Assembly (NCBI GenBank): GCA_041678065.1
Contig: JBAYOU010000001.1
Location: forward strand, 1-56,835
Source of the DNA: Parvibaculum sp.
GTDB lineage: Bacteria; Pseudomonadota; Alphaproteobacteria; Parvibaculales; Parvibaculaceae
Reading direction: 5' to 3'
DNA length: 56,835 bases
Each line of letters starts with the position of its first letter. Position 1 is the stretch's first letter. The notes below the pieces were generated by a model. That model searched no databases. It was not told the origin of the DNA and saw nothing but the letters and a program-made list of their open reading frames with translations. This document shows positions 43,131-52,919 of the stretch, in pieces. Position numbers and translations under genes: made by a program.

Positions 43131-43892
43131 TCAACCGTGCATTGAGAGACCGCCCGAGACGCTGATCGTCTGGCCGGTAATGAAACTTGCATCGTCGCTC
43201 AGAAAGAATGCGACCATGCCCGGATAATCGTCCGGTTGCGCCAGGCGGCGCATCGGGATCGCCTTGGTGAGCGCTTCGGTCAGACGTCCGCCGCCCGACG
43301 CATCCACGGAGGCGAGCAGCGGCGTGTCCGTCGGCCCCGGACAGATCGTATTGAAGGTGACGCCCTTCCGGGCGAACTCGCGCGCCATCGTCTTCATGAA
43401 GGCGATGACGCCGCCCTTGGCCGCGGAATAGACGGCCTCGCCAGACGAACCCACACGGCCCGCATCCGACGAAATGCTGACGACCCGACCGGCACCCTGC
43501 TCGGCAAGCCGACGCGCAACGACATGAGTGAGATTGAGCGGCCCGTAAAGATTGATGTCGATCACCTTTTTCCAGAAATCAGGCTCTGTCTGGATAAAAG
43601 GCTTCGCCTCGTCCCAACCGGCATTGTTCACCAGTCCATAAACCTGACCGGCCGCCTTTTCGAACGCATCGACTGCCCGCGCCACTGCCGCATAGTCGGT
43701 GATGTCGACCTTATAGGCCCAAGCCTCTCCACCCTTCTGGCGAATTTCGGCGGCGGCGGCCTCGGCACCCTTCTCGTTCATGTCGAAAATGGCGACCCTG
43801 GCACTCTCTTCGCCAAGCCTGAGCCCAATCGCCTTTCCGATACCGCTTGCGCCGCCGGTAACGATGACCGGCTTCTGATCGAGTCCTCGCAT
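43131..43892 (-). CDS. badH: 2-hydroxycyclohexanecarboxyl-CoA dehydrogenase (SDR)
   Basis: NNAGWD, SSDAGRVGSSGEAVYSAAKGG, CPGPTDT, SVSGGLSMHG. Confidence 0.88.
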   Translation of the reverse strand: MRGLDQKPVIVTGGASGIGKAIGLRLGEESARVAIFDMNEKGAEAAAAEIRQKGGEAWAYKVDITDYAAVARAVDAFEKAAGQVYGLVNNAGWDEAKPFIQTEPDFWKKVIDINLYGPLNLTHVVARRLAEQGAGRVVSISSDAGRVGSSGEAVYSAAKGGVIAFMKTMAREFARKGVTFNTICPGPTDTPLLASVDASGGGRLTEALTKAIPMRRLAQPDDYPGMVAFFLSDDASFITGQTISVSGGLSMHG

Positions 43893-43964
43893 GTTAGTCG
43901 CCTCCCTCGCTGCACCGCTTCAGACACATTTTTAACTTTGCCATAGCAATGGCGGCACACTTTT

Positions 43965-44020
43965 TCTAATACTAGTTCGATTTTCGAGGGAGGTGCAACA
44001 TGTTTCGAACGTACATTAGA
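43965..44020. promoter_or_regulatory. Two inverted TCTAAT-N4-GTTCGA boxes (candidate TetR operators)
   Basis: 43965-43980 and reverse complement at 44005-44020 in the divergent badH/tetR gap. Confidence 0.6.
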
Positions 44021-44061
44021 TTTACGGTCGGCACCGCCAAACAGGCGGCGAGGGGGCGTTT

Positions 44062-44697
44062 GTGACGAGCGAGCAAAGCAAATCCGACATCAGCCGCGCG
44101 AGAATACTGGACGCCGCCGCCAAGATGTTTCGGCAAAAAGGCTACGCGGCGACGACCCTGATCGAAATCGCGAGAGCCGCCGGCATGCAGGCGGGCAGCC
44201 TCTATTACCATTTCGGTTCGAAGGACGAACTCCTCGAGGAAGTTCTCGACATAGGCATGAGGCGGGTTCACGAAGCCGTCGAGGAGAGCCAGGAACGTCT
44301 GCCTGCGGATTCATCGCACCGCGACCGAATTCGCGTCGCCGTCGAGGCGCATCTCACCACACTTCTGAAGCATGACGATTACACATCCGCCAATATCCGC
44401 ATTTTCGGACAGGTCCCCGAAGAGGTGCAACAGCATCACATCAGGCAGCGCGACGCCTATGCCGAACTCTGGCGGCGCATTCTCACCAAGGCGCAGAAAT
44501 CGGGCGCATTGCGCAGCGACGTCGATCTCGGCCTCGTACGCATGCTGCTGATGGGCGCCCTTAACTGGTCGGTCGAATGGTACCAGCCCGGCAGGACGTC
44601 CATTCAGACGATAGCCGACCATATGTGCCTGATGCTGTTCAGCGGAATCGGGATCGAAGAACCCATACGAAGCGGGGAAAACCAAACGGTCGCGTGA
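44062..44697 (+). CDS. TetR-family regulator (KstR2-like)
   Basis: ILDAAAKMFRQKGYAATT..IARAAGMQAGSLYYHFGSKDEL; GALNWSVEWY. Confidence 0.9.
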   Translation: MTSEQSKSDISRARILDAAAKMFRQKGYAATTLIEIARAAGMQAGSLYYHFGSKDELLEEVLDIGMRRVHEAVEESQERLPADSSHRDRIRVAVEAHLTTLLKHDDYTSANIRIFGQVPEEVQQHHIRQRDAYAELWRRILTKAQKSGALRSDVDLGLVRMLLMGALNWSVEWYQPGRTSIQTIADHMCLMLFSGIGIEEPIRSGENQTVA

Positions 44698-44722
44698 CCG
44701 AAAACATTCGAGGAAGACGCAC

Positions 44723-45590
44723 ATGGAAGTCCACAAGACTCACTTCGGATTTTCCGATGAAGAACTGAAAGCACTGCCCACGGTTTATCGCGCCGATCTT
44801 TTTTTCGGGGAAAACGGTCGTCGTTTCCGGCGGCGGAAGCGGTTTCGGCAAGGCGATCGCCTGTCTTCTGGCGCGACTGGGCGCGAACGTCGCCATATGC
44901 GGGCGCAACGAAGAAAAACTTGCCGCGACGGTTCCTCTTCTGGAAAGCATCGGCGCGCAGGTCTTCAGTCGGCCCCTGACCATACGCGATCCGGATCAGG
45001 TCGACGGTTTTATTGAAGCGGTCTGGGATAAATTCGGCGCACTCGACCTTCTCGTGAACAATGCCGGCGGCCAGTTTCCGCAAATGGCCCTCGACTTCAA
45101 GGTCAAGGGATGGAACGCCGTCATCGACACCAATCTCAACGGCACCTGGTACATGATGCAAAGCGCCGCGCGGCAGTGGGTCGATAGAAAGACCCCCGGC
45201 TCGATCGTGAACATTATCGCCGACATATGGCGCGGAATGCCAGGCATCGCGCACACATGCGCAGCACGCGCCGGCGTTGCCTACCTGTCAAAATCGGTGG
45301 CCGTCGAATGGGCACCGCATCGCATCCGTGTCAACTGCGTCGCACCGGGCGTCTGCGAAACGAGCGGCTTCGTGCAATATCCGCCCGAAGGTCTCAAGAC
45401 CTATCCTGGCGCAAATCCGATGTTGCGTGTCGGCGATGCCCATGACATCGCTGAGGCTGTCGTCTATCTCGCCTCGCCGGGCGCCAAGTTCATTACCGGC
45501 GAGGTATTGACGGTCGATGGCGGCGAGCAGCTCTGGGGTGACCCGTGGCCCCCTGGACGACCGGATTATTTCGAGCCAAAGAACACCTGA
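44723..45590 (+). pseudogene. SDR (peroxisomal-type enoyl/dienoyl-CoA reductase-like) with +1 frameshift
   Basis: Removing one T from T7 (44799-44805) gives DLFSGKTVVVSGGGSGFG...NNAGGQF...HTCAARAG as a 288-aa ORF. Confidence 0.8.
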
Positions 45591-45623
45591 AGTTCAAGCC
45601 CGCCTGCGAGGGGAGGGTTACCG

Positions 45624-47264
45624 ATGTTCGATCCAGTTCTGACCAGGAAGCGTGTCGAGGCGATGAACGCCGGCGGCTTCTGGCCCGGCAAGACGGCCGC
45701 CGGCTACCTCGACGGTTGCATCGCCGAAATGCCGGACAAGACGGCCGTCGTCGACTTCAACTCCATGACGAATGAGGCCACCCGCCTCAGCTACCGCGAT
45801 TTCGGCAAGATTGTCGAACGTATCGCGGTCGGCCTCGCGGAACTCGGCGTGGAGAAAGGCGATGTTGTTTCCTGCCAATTGCCGAACTGGTGGCAATTCA
45901 CCGCGCTGCATCTGGCTTGCGTACGGATCGGCGCCGTGACCAATCCATTGATGCCGATTTTTCGCGAGCGCGAATTGTCCTTCATGCTTGGCCTTGCGGA
46001 AAGCAAGGTACTCGTCATCCCGCGCGCCTTTCGCAGCTTCGATTACCCTGCCATGGTGGCCAACATCCGGGCCGACCTGCCGCAGCTGAAGTATGTGCTC
46101 GTCATCGGCGGCGACGGCGAAACCAGCTTTGAGAAAGTCCTTCTTGATACGCCGTGGGAGCAGCGGCGCGACGCCGGCCGTCTCTTCGCGACGCGGCGAC
46201 CCGATCCCGACGACGTAACGCAATTGATGTATACGTCCGGCACGACCGGCGAACCGAAAGGCGTCATGCATACGTCGAATACGCTGCTCTCCAATATCCT
46301 CATCTGCGCCGAGCGCCTCGGGCTCGGCGCGGACGACGTGATGTTCATGGCGTCGCCGATGGCACACCAGACAGGCTTCATGTACGGGCTGTTGATGCCC
46401 GTTCTGGCCGGAGCGACCGCCATTCTGCAGGATGTATGGGAACCGAAGCGCGCCTCCGCGTCGATCTCCCGCGAAGGAATCACCTTCACCATGGCGTCCA
46501 CGCCGTTCCTGTCCGATCTGACCGAAACGGTGGCGGCGGACGGGGGCGACGTATCCCGTTTGCGCATCTTCCTGGTGGCAGGCGCACCCATCCCCCGCGC
46601 GCTAGTCGAGCGGGCGCGGCAAATCCTCGGAACAAATATCGTGTCGGCCTGGGGCATGACCGAGAACGGCCTGGTGACAACGACATGCCTCGACGATCCG
46701 GAGGACAAGGCGATCAATACTGACGGACGCGCGCTGCCAGGCATGGAAGTCCGGGTGGTCGACAGCGGGAACAGCCCCCTGCCCGCCGGCGAGGAGGGCA
46801 TGCTCAAGGCTCGCGCCTGTTCGACTTTTGTTGGCTATCTCAAAAGACCGGAGTGGTACAATCACGACGCGGAAGGCTGGTTCGATACAGGCGACCTCGC
46901 GCGGGTCGACGGCCAAGGCTATATCCGGCTGACCGGACGCTCCAAGGACATCATCATCCGCGGCGGCGAGAATATCCCCGTGGTCGAGATCGAAGGCCTT
47001 CTCTTCCGTCATCCCGACATTCAGGATGTAGCGATTATCGGCGTACCGGATGAACGGCTGGGCGAACGGGCATGTGCATTCATCGTGCCGAAGCCCGGCC
47101 GCGAGGTTGGCTTGCGCGAGGTGGTCGCCTTCCTCGAAGAGCACAGGGTCGCGCGGCAATACCTGCCGGAACGGGCGGAAATCGTCGGCGAACTGCCTCG
47201 AACACCGAGCGGCAAGGTGCAGAAGTTCAAGTTGCGCGAGATCGCCGTCGCCCTGTCGGCATGA
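45624..47264 (+). CDS. aliA: Cyclohexanecarboxylate-CoA ligase
   Basis: QLPNWWQF, YTSGTTGEPKGVMH, ASPMAHQTGFMYG, AWGMTENG; next to badH/I and aliB. Confidence 0.88.
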   Translation: MFDPVLTRKRVEAMNAGGFWPGKTAAGYLDGCIAEMPDKTAVVDFNSMTNEATRLSYRDFGKIVERIAVGLAELGVEKGDVVSCQLPNWWQFTALHLACVRIGAVTNPLMPIFRERELSFMLGLAESKVLVIPRAFRSFDYPAMVANIRADLPQLKYVLVIGGDGETSFEKVLLDTPWEQRRDAGRLFATRRPDPDDVTQLMYTSGTTGEPKGVMHTSNTLLSNILICAERLGLGADDVMFMASPMAHQTGFMYGLLMPVLAGATAILQDVWEPKRASASISREGITFTMASTPFLSDLTETVAADGGDVSRLRIFLVAGAPIPRALVERARQILGTNIVSAWGMTENGLVTTTCLDDPEDKAINTDGRALPGMEVRVVDSGNSPLPAGEEGMLKARACSTFVGYLKRPEWYNHDAEGWFDTGDLARVDGQGYIRLTGRSKDIIIRGGENIPVVEIEGLLFRHPDIQDVAIIGVPDERLGERACAFIVPKPGREVGLREVVAFLEEHRVARQYLPERAEIVGELPRTPSGKVQKFKLREIAVALSA

Positions 47265-47377
47265 CATTCCGCAGGCAGCCGGTGGCGGAAGGCCGGCAAC
47301 AGGCGTGTGACGGACTGTTCGGAAAGTTGGCGACACCGCGTCGCCGCCCAATGAATGCAACCTGACAATCCACGGGA

Positions 47378-47395
47378 ATATGCTTATAATGATTT
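47378..47395. promoter_or_regulatory. Degenerate palindromic operator copy
   Basis: 13/18 to consensus, upstream of the third CYP153. Confidence 0.4.
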
Positions 47396-47473
47396 AATGG
47401 GAGAGAGTCGGCTAACCGGCACCCCCTATGTCACGCATTCGCAGGCTTCTGGAAACGCAATGGAGACGCCGTC

Positions 47474-48739
47474 ATGAGTGAATCCCTGGGTGCCGATCGA
47501 GACAAGCCGATTGCGGACGCCTACGCGATCCCGCTTGAGAAGATCGATGTCAGCAATCCGGAGCTCTTCAGGGCGAATGCGATCTGGCCGTATTTCGAGC
47601 GGTTGCGCCGCGAAGATCCGGTCCATTACTGCAAGGAAAGCGAATACGGCTCGTTCTGGTCGGTGACAAAATACAAAGACATCATGCATGTCGACACCAA
47701 CCACGGCATCTATTCGTCTGAAGCGACCCTGGGCGGCGTCGCCCTCCGCAATCAGGAAGAAGGTTTCTTCCTGCCCATGTTCATCATGATGGACCCGCCG
47801 AAGCACGACGCGCAGCGCAAGGTTGTGAGCCCGATCGTCGCACCCGGCAATCTGGCGAAACTCGAAAGCACGATCCGCGAGCGCGCCGGCAAAATTCTCG
47901 ATTCCCTGCCCATCAATGAAACCTTTGACTGGGTGGATCGCGTGTCGATCGAACTGACAACGCAGATGCTCGCCACTCTTTTCGATTTCCCCTGGGAAGA
48001 ACGCCGGAAGCTCACCCGCTGGTCGGATGTCGCCACCGCAGGCACCGCCTTCGGCGATGAGGAGGCAGAGAAGGCTCGCAGGAATGAATTGCGCGATTGC
48101 GCCGCCTACTTCACCGAGTTGTGGAATCAGCGTGTCAACGCGACCGAGCCGGGAAACGATCTCATCACCATGCTGGCTCAGGGCGAAGCGACGAAAAACA
48201 TGGGGCCAATGGAGTATCTGGGAAATATTCTCCTCCTGATCGTCGGCGGCAACGACACGACCCGCAACTCGATCACCGGTGGCCTTCTGGCCCTGAACGA
48301 GAACCCGGTTCAATACAAGAAGCTGCGGGACAACCCATCGCTCGTCGAATCCATGGTCCCCGAAATCATCCGTTGGCAGACACCCTTGTCGCATATGCGC
48401 CGCACCGCGCTTCAGGATACGGAGCTTGGCGGCAAGCAGATCAAGAAAGGCGACAAAGTCGTCATGTGGTACGTCTCGGGCAACCGGGACGAGGAGGCAA
48501 TCGAAAACGCCAACAGCTTCATCATTGACCGCAAGCATCCACGACAGCATCTATCCTTCGGCTTCGGTATCCATCGCTGCGTCGGCAACCGGCTGGCGGA
48601 AATGCAGCTCCGCGTCGTCTGGGAAGAAATCCTGAAACGCTGGCCCGACAAGCCGATCGAAGTGGTCGGCGAACCGACGCGGGTTTTTTCAAATCTGATC
48701 AAGGGTTACTCGAGCATGCCGGTCAGAATTCCAGGCTGA
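47474..48739 (+). CDS. Cytochrome P450, CYP153 family (close paralog of 37634-38899)
   Basis: MFIMMDPPKHD, LLIVGGNDTTRN, HLSFGFGIHRCVG; long identical peptide blocks with the other copy. Confidence 0.93.
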   Translation: MSESLGADRDKPIADAYAIPLEKIDVSNPELFRANAIWPYFERLRREDPVHYCKESEYGSFWSVTKYKDIMHVDTNHGIYSSEATLGGVALRNQEEGFFLPMFIMMDPPKHDAQRKVVSPIVAPGNLAKLESTIRERAGKILDSLPINETFDWVDRVSIELTTQMLATLFDFPWEERRKLTRWSDVATAGTAFGDEEAEKARRNELRDCAAYFTELWNQRVNATEPGNDLITMLAQGEATKNMGPMEYLGNILLLIVGGNDTTRNSITGGLLALNENPVQYKKLRDNPSLVESMVPEIIRWQTPLSHMRRTALQDTELGGKQIKKGDKVVMWYVSGNRDEEAIENANSFIIDRKHPRQHLSFGFGIHRCVGNRLAEMQLRVVWEEILKRWPDKPIEVVGEPTRVFSNLIKGYSSMPVRIPG

Positions 48740-48827
48740 TGCAAAACACCGGGACGCATTTCCGGGCATCAGTCACAGGATGTCGCGGGCGGGGCCGTGT
48801 CGCCGCCGCTACCTGCAAGGAGAGGGC

Positions 48828-49295
48828 ATGCGAAAAATAGGACTCGGCATGTGCTGGAACGACCTCACCGCCGGTGAGGAATTCCGCACCATCGGCCGGA
48901 CGATCACCGAAACCGACCTGGTCAATTTCATCAACACGACAGGCATGGTGGAAGTGCTCTTCACCGATATCGAATATCTCAAGGCCCATGGCCCCATGAA
49001 CGGCCGTGTGGTGCCCGGCGCGCTGGTCTATTGCATGGCCGAAGGTTTGCTCGTCCAGTCGATGATGCAGGAGACGGGCCTCGCCTTCCTGCACATGGAG
49101 TTCAACGTCAAGGGACCTACCTTTGTCGGCGACACAATTCATGTGGAATGCAAAGTGCTTCAGGCGCGACCGACATCCAGGGGGCGCGGTCTGGTGCGCA
49201 CCCGCAACCGGATCGTGACCCAACGGAACGAAACGGTGATCGAATATACGCCGTTGCGAATGATGGCCGGCCGGTTCGACGCCTCCCGAACATAA
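48828..49295 (+). CDS. MaoC-family dehydratase
   Basis: GRTITETDLVNF, GRVVPGAL, PTFVGDTI. Confidence 0.85.
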   Translation: MRKIGLGMCWNDLTAGEEFRTIGRTITETDLVNFINTTGMVEVLFTDIEYLKAHGPMNGRVVPGALVYCMAEGLLVQSMMQETGLAFLHMEFNVKGPTFVGDTIHVECKVLQARPTSRGRGLVRTRNRIVTQRNETVIEYTPLRMMAGRFDASRT

Positions 49296-49329
49296 AATAC
49301 GGCATACGGCCGTCAGCGTTCCTCGGGAA

Positions 49330-49560
49330 ATCCTCGGCCGCGGCAAGAGAGGCCGCCGTGCGCATGGCGCTCAGCATCATCGCCGGATCGGTGGTGCCCT
49401 TGCCCGCAATGTCATAGGCCGTTCCATGCGCGACCGTCACATGCAGGTAGGACAGCTCGATGATGATGGCGCAATTGCCGGAAAAGCCCCATGTCTTGAC
49501 CGCGATGTGTCCCTGATCGTGATACATGGCGAGGACGATGTCGTATCGGCCGCCACGAAA
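49330..49560 (-). pseudogene. pdxA: PdxA C-terminal fragment
   Basis: YDIVLAMYHDQGHIAVK, HGTAYDIAGKG. Confidence 0.8.
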
Positions 49561-49657
49561 TCAGGGCTGATGATTTCGCAAACGCGCCGGAGCGGAATAT
49601 GGTCGGTCAGATGCGCGACGCGGAGCGGCCCGGTCAGTAGAACAAGATAGCTTTCGC

Positions 49658-49836
49658 CGGGCGAGAAACACCCAGTTGCGCTCGAAGATGTGTTTCATCT
49701 CGAGATCGAACAACTCGGGATCGGTGAATATGGCGCGATCGAGCATGAAGCGCCCGGTCGACATGTCCTCGAAAAGCCAAGAATCGAGCCTGTGGCGAAT
49801 GCGATCGAGTGGGTTGCTCACACCGGATGCACGCAT
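49658..49836 (-). pseudogene. BenA/XylX-like dioxygenase alpha subunit, N-terminal fragment
   Basis: IFTDPELFDLEMKHIFERNWVFLA, then homology stops before the Rieske motif. Confidence 0.75.
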
Positions 49837-49953
49837 TGCGCTTCCTTCCTCGCCGTTTGGCCAGCCACGAGACTGACACACGATTATTTTCCTGCCCAGC
49901 GACAAACCGGCTTCGACCCTCAACAAATCCGGAGTCCATCGCATCGCAAGGTG

Positions 49954-50706
49954 TCACATGGTCGTGTAGCCTCCGTCGACGACAACCTCGGAGCCGGTCA
50001 TGTAGGACGACTCGTCGGATGCCAGAAACAGGACCGCATAGGAAACCTCGACGGGTTCGGCCGGCCGGCCGATGAGCGTGGCGCTCAGGACCTGTTTGGC
50101 GACATCCGCATCGCCGAGGAGATCCTTTGTCATATTCGTGCGAATGATTCCGGGGTGCACGGAATTCACGCGAATCTTGAAAGGCGCATAATCCACAGCC
50201 GTCGATTTCGTCAGCAAGCGAACGGCGCCCTTCGATGCCTGATACGCCGCCGTGGCGGGCGCACCGATCAGTCCGTAGATCGAGGAAATATTGACGATCG
50301 AACCGCCGCCAGCCGCCTTCATCGCGGGTAATATATATTTCGTGCCATAGAATACGCTTTTTACATTGACGTCGAAAACACGTGCGAAGTCTTCATTCGA
50401 GGTGTCTTGCACAGCAGAAAAAACGAGAATACCGGCATTGTTCACGAGGATGTCGACGCGTCCGAAAGTGGACTTCGCCTGCTGTGAAATCCGCTCCCAA
50501 TCCGGGACGCTCGACACATCGTGCCTGAAAAATCGCGCCTGCCCACCGTTATCGTTAATCTCCTCGACCACGGCTTTGCCGCCCTTCTCGTCCATGTCGG
50601 TAACGATCAGCGTTGCGCCTTCGCGCGCAAGCAGCAAGGCGTGGGAACGCCCCATGCCATTGGCGCCGCCCGTCACAAGGGCGATTTTTCCGTCTACCCG
50701 TCCCAT
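49954..50706 (-). CDS. SDR, cyclopentanol dehydrogenase (CpnA)-like
   Basis: MGRVDGKIALVTGGANGMG, SSIYGLIGAP..AAYQASKGAVR, IRVNSVHPG; resembles CpnA as recalled. Confidence 0.85.
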   Translation of the reverse strand: MGRVDGKIALVTGGANGMGRSHALLLAREGATLIVTDMDEKGGKAVVEEINDNGGQARFFRHDVSSVPDWERISQQAKSTFGRVDILVNNAGILVFSAVQDTSNEDFARVFDVNVKSVFYGTKYILPAMKAAGGGSIVNISSIYGLIGAPATAAYQASKGAVRLLTKSTAVDYAPFKIRVNSVHPGIIRTNMTKDLLGDADVAKQVLSATLIGRPAEPVEVSYAVLFLASDESSYMTGSEVVVDGGYTTM

Positions 50707-50764
50707 CCAGTCCTCCCGTTGCGAGTGCGGCGGCCGCATCCGGCGCCGTCACTCAAACCGCCGT

Positions 50765-52375
50765 CTACGCAACCCCGAGCTCGCGTTTCGCGAAATCGGT
50801 AACGCTCTTGTAGTCGGCCTTGCCGTTCGGCGCGCGAAGAGGCACGGCGCCCACCAGGATGCGCTTGGGCGTTTTGTAGCCGGCGAGGTGCGAGCGGACG
50901 TGCTTGCGCAAATCCTCTTCGTCAAACTTCGCGCCGTTCGCCAGCGTGACGATGCCGGTGACCGCCTGACCCCATTTCTGATCGGGCACGCCGACAACAA
51001 GTGCGTCCTCCACGGATGGGTGAGTCTTCAGAACTTCCTCGACCTCCTCCGGGTAGACCTTCTCGCCCGCGGTGTTAATGCAAACGCTGCCGCGTCCCAG
51101 CAATGTCAGGCTGCCGTCCTTTTCCACAACGCACCAATCGCCGGGAATGGAATAGCGTTCGCCGCCAATGGTCTTGAATGTCTTGGCCGTCTTTTGCGGA
51201 TCCTTGTAGTAGCCAACGGGAATCGGTCCCCCTAGGGCGATGATGCCCGGCTTGCCGCTGCCTGGTTCGACCGGCTGATCGTTTTCATCGAACACGCGGC
51301 ACCGGCCGCCGATCTGGAACTTGGCGGTCTTGACCTCGCCGGCGCCCGTCATGATCGAACTGCCGAAACCGAGTCCCTCCGAGGCACCGAAAGAATCCAT
51401 CAGAATGACATTCGGCAAATGCCTGAGCAGACCACGCTTCACTTCCGCGCTCCACATAACGCCGGAAGAAATGATCGAGACGACGCTGGCCAGGTTGTAT
51501 TTGCCAGGCGCCTCGTCGAGCGCCGCCAGCATCGGCCGGGCGAAAGCGTCGCCGACAATCGCCAGCGAATTGACACCACGGCGCGAAACCGCCGTCCAGA
51601 GTTCATGCGCGTCGAGGGTCGGGCTCTCCAGCGTGACGATGCAGCCGCCGCTCATCATATTGCCTATAGCCGTAATGAAGCCGGTGCCGTGCATCAGCGG
51701 GCAGGCAGGCATCGATACGGGCCCTGGACCGGAAGCCGCGATAAACTCAACCAACTCGGGAAGTGTCTCGGGGATCGGCCCCAGCGCCCGAAGCGTCGTC
51801 AGCTGAGCTTCGCGCATGTCGTTGTGCCGCCACATCACGCCCTTGGGCATGCCCGTCGTGCCGCCCGTATAGATGAACAGCAAATCGTCCGGAGACCGCT
51901 CGATGCCGAGCGGCGCGCCATCTCCGCCAGTGACGATCTTTTCGTAATTTTCCGCGAAGGGCGCGGCGGATCCGTCTTCGTTCACTTCAATGAAAGTGGC
52001 GACTTTTGTAAGCCGGTCTTTCAGTTCGACGATGATGTCCCGGAACTCGGAACCGTAAACGACCGTTTGCGCGTCGGAGTCATTGAAGATGTAGAAAACT
52101 TCGTCCGCCTTGTAGCGGTAGTTGATGTTGACATGGACAAGACGGCTCTTGAAACAGGCCGCCATGGTCTCGACATATTCGGGCCGGTTTCGCATATAGA
52201 ACGCGACCTTGTCGCCGGGCCTGGCACCGCGTGCGATCAGCGCCCGCCCGAGATTGTTGGACCTCCGTGTCGTTTCCGCCCATGTGATCACCCGATCGCC
52301 ATGAATGAGAGCGGGCGCTTCCTGCGGTAAAACCGCCGAGATACTGTCGAGAATGTCACCGAAATTCCAAGCCAT
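50765..52375 (-). CDS. Acyl-CoA synthetase (FadD19-like)
   Basis: YTGGTTGMPKGVMWRH, CPLMHG, GRGSVCINTAGEKVYPEEVE. Confidence 0.9.
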   Translation of the reverse strand: MAWNFGDILDSISAVLPQEAPALIHGDRVITWAETTRRSNNLGRALIARGARPGDKVAFYMRNRPEYVETMAACFKSRLVHVNINYRYKADEVFYIFNDSDAQTVVYGSEFRDIIVELKDRLTKVATFIEVNEDGSAAPFAENYEKIVTGGDGAPLGIERSPDDLLFIYTGGTTGMPKGVMWRHNDMREAQLTTLRALGPIPETLPELVEFIAASGPGPVSMPACPLMHGTGFITAIGNMMSGGCIVTLESPTLDAHELWTAVSRRGVNSLAIVGDAFARPMLAALDEAPGKYNLASVVSIISSGVMWSAEVKRGLLRHLPNVILMDSFGASEGLGFGSSIMTGAGEVKTAKFQIGGRCRVFDENDQPVEPGSGKPGIIALGGPIPVGYYKDPQKTAKTFKTIGGERYSIPGDWCVVEKDGSLTLLGRGSVCINTAGEKVYPEEVEEVLKTHPSVEDALVVGVPDQKWGQAVTGIVTLANGAKFDEEDLRKHVRSHLAGYKTPKRILVGAVPLRAPNGKADYKSVTDFAKRELGVA

Positions 52376-52529
52376 ATGATCCTCCCTGAAAAATCCGGTC
52401 TTCGGGGGTCGGCTTTTTTTGCGATCACGCCGTTCCGTCCTTAACCGTCCGTTGCCTCAACCGACCCGTCGCCGGACGTTCCGGCAAGCCGTCAAGCACG
52501 CCGGAATGCCGTTCATCGAAAATCCCGCA

Positions 52530-52919
52530 TCATACGGGTGTGAACACCGGCAGCGCGTATCCCTCGCCGGCCTCGGTAAATTTGACCCTGACTTTCTGTC
52601 CGATGCGAATCTTGTCGATTTCGCAATCGACGATATTCGTGAGCATCGAAACCCCTTCATCAAGCTCAACATAGGCAATGACATAAGGAGGCTTGGCTTG
52701 CCGCGTGACCGAATAGCTGTAGATAACGCCATTGCCCGAAGCCTCGACGAACGCTGTGTCCTCCGAGAAGCAATGCGGGCAAATCGTCCGCGGATAGTAA
52801 TGCGCCTTGCCGCAGGCGTTGCAAACCCGGATCAGGAGTTGTCCCTTGGCGGCACCTTCCCAATAGGGCTTGCTCTCGGAATTGACCACAAGATCGATCT
52901 TTTTTTGGTCGGTGTTCAT
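52530..52919 (-). CDS. DUF35 Zn-ribbon/OB-fold protein
   Basis: CNAC...CPHC, YVELDEG. Confidence 0.9.
   Translation of the reverse strand: MNTDQKKIDLVVNSESKPYWEGAAKGQLLIRVCNACGKAHYYPRTICPHCFSEDTAFVEASGNGVIYSYSVTRQAKPPYVIAYVELDEGVSMLTNIVDCEIDKIRIGQKVRVKFTEAGEGYALPVFTPV

Noticed and set aside
52393-52420. Hairpin plus T7 resembling a terminator
   Set aside because: Weak stem, and the T-run is on the strand opposite the flanking genes
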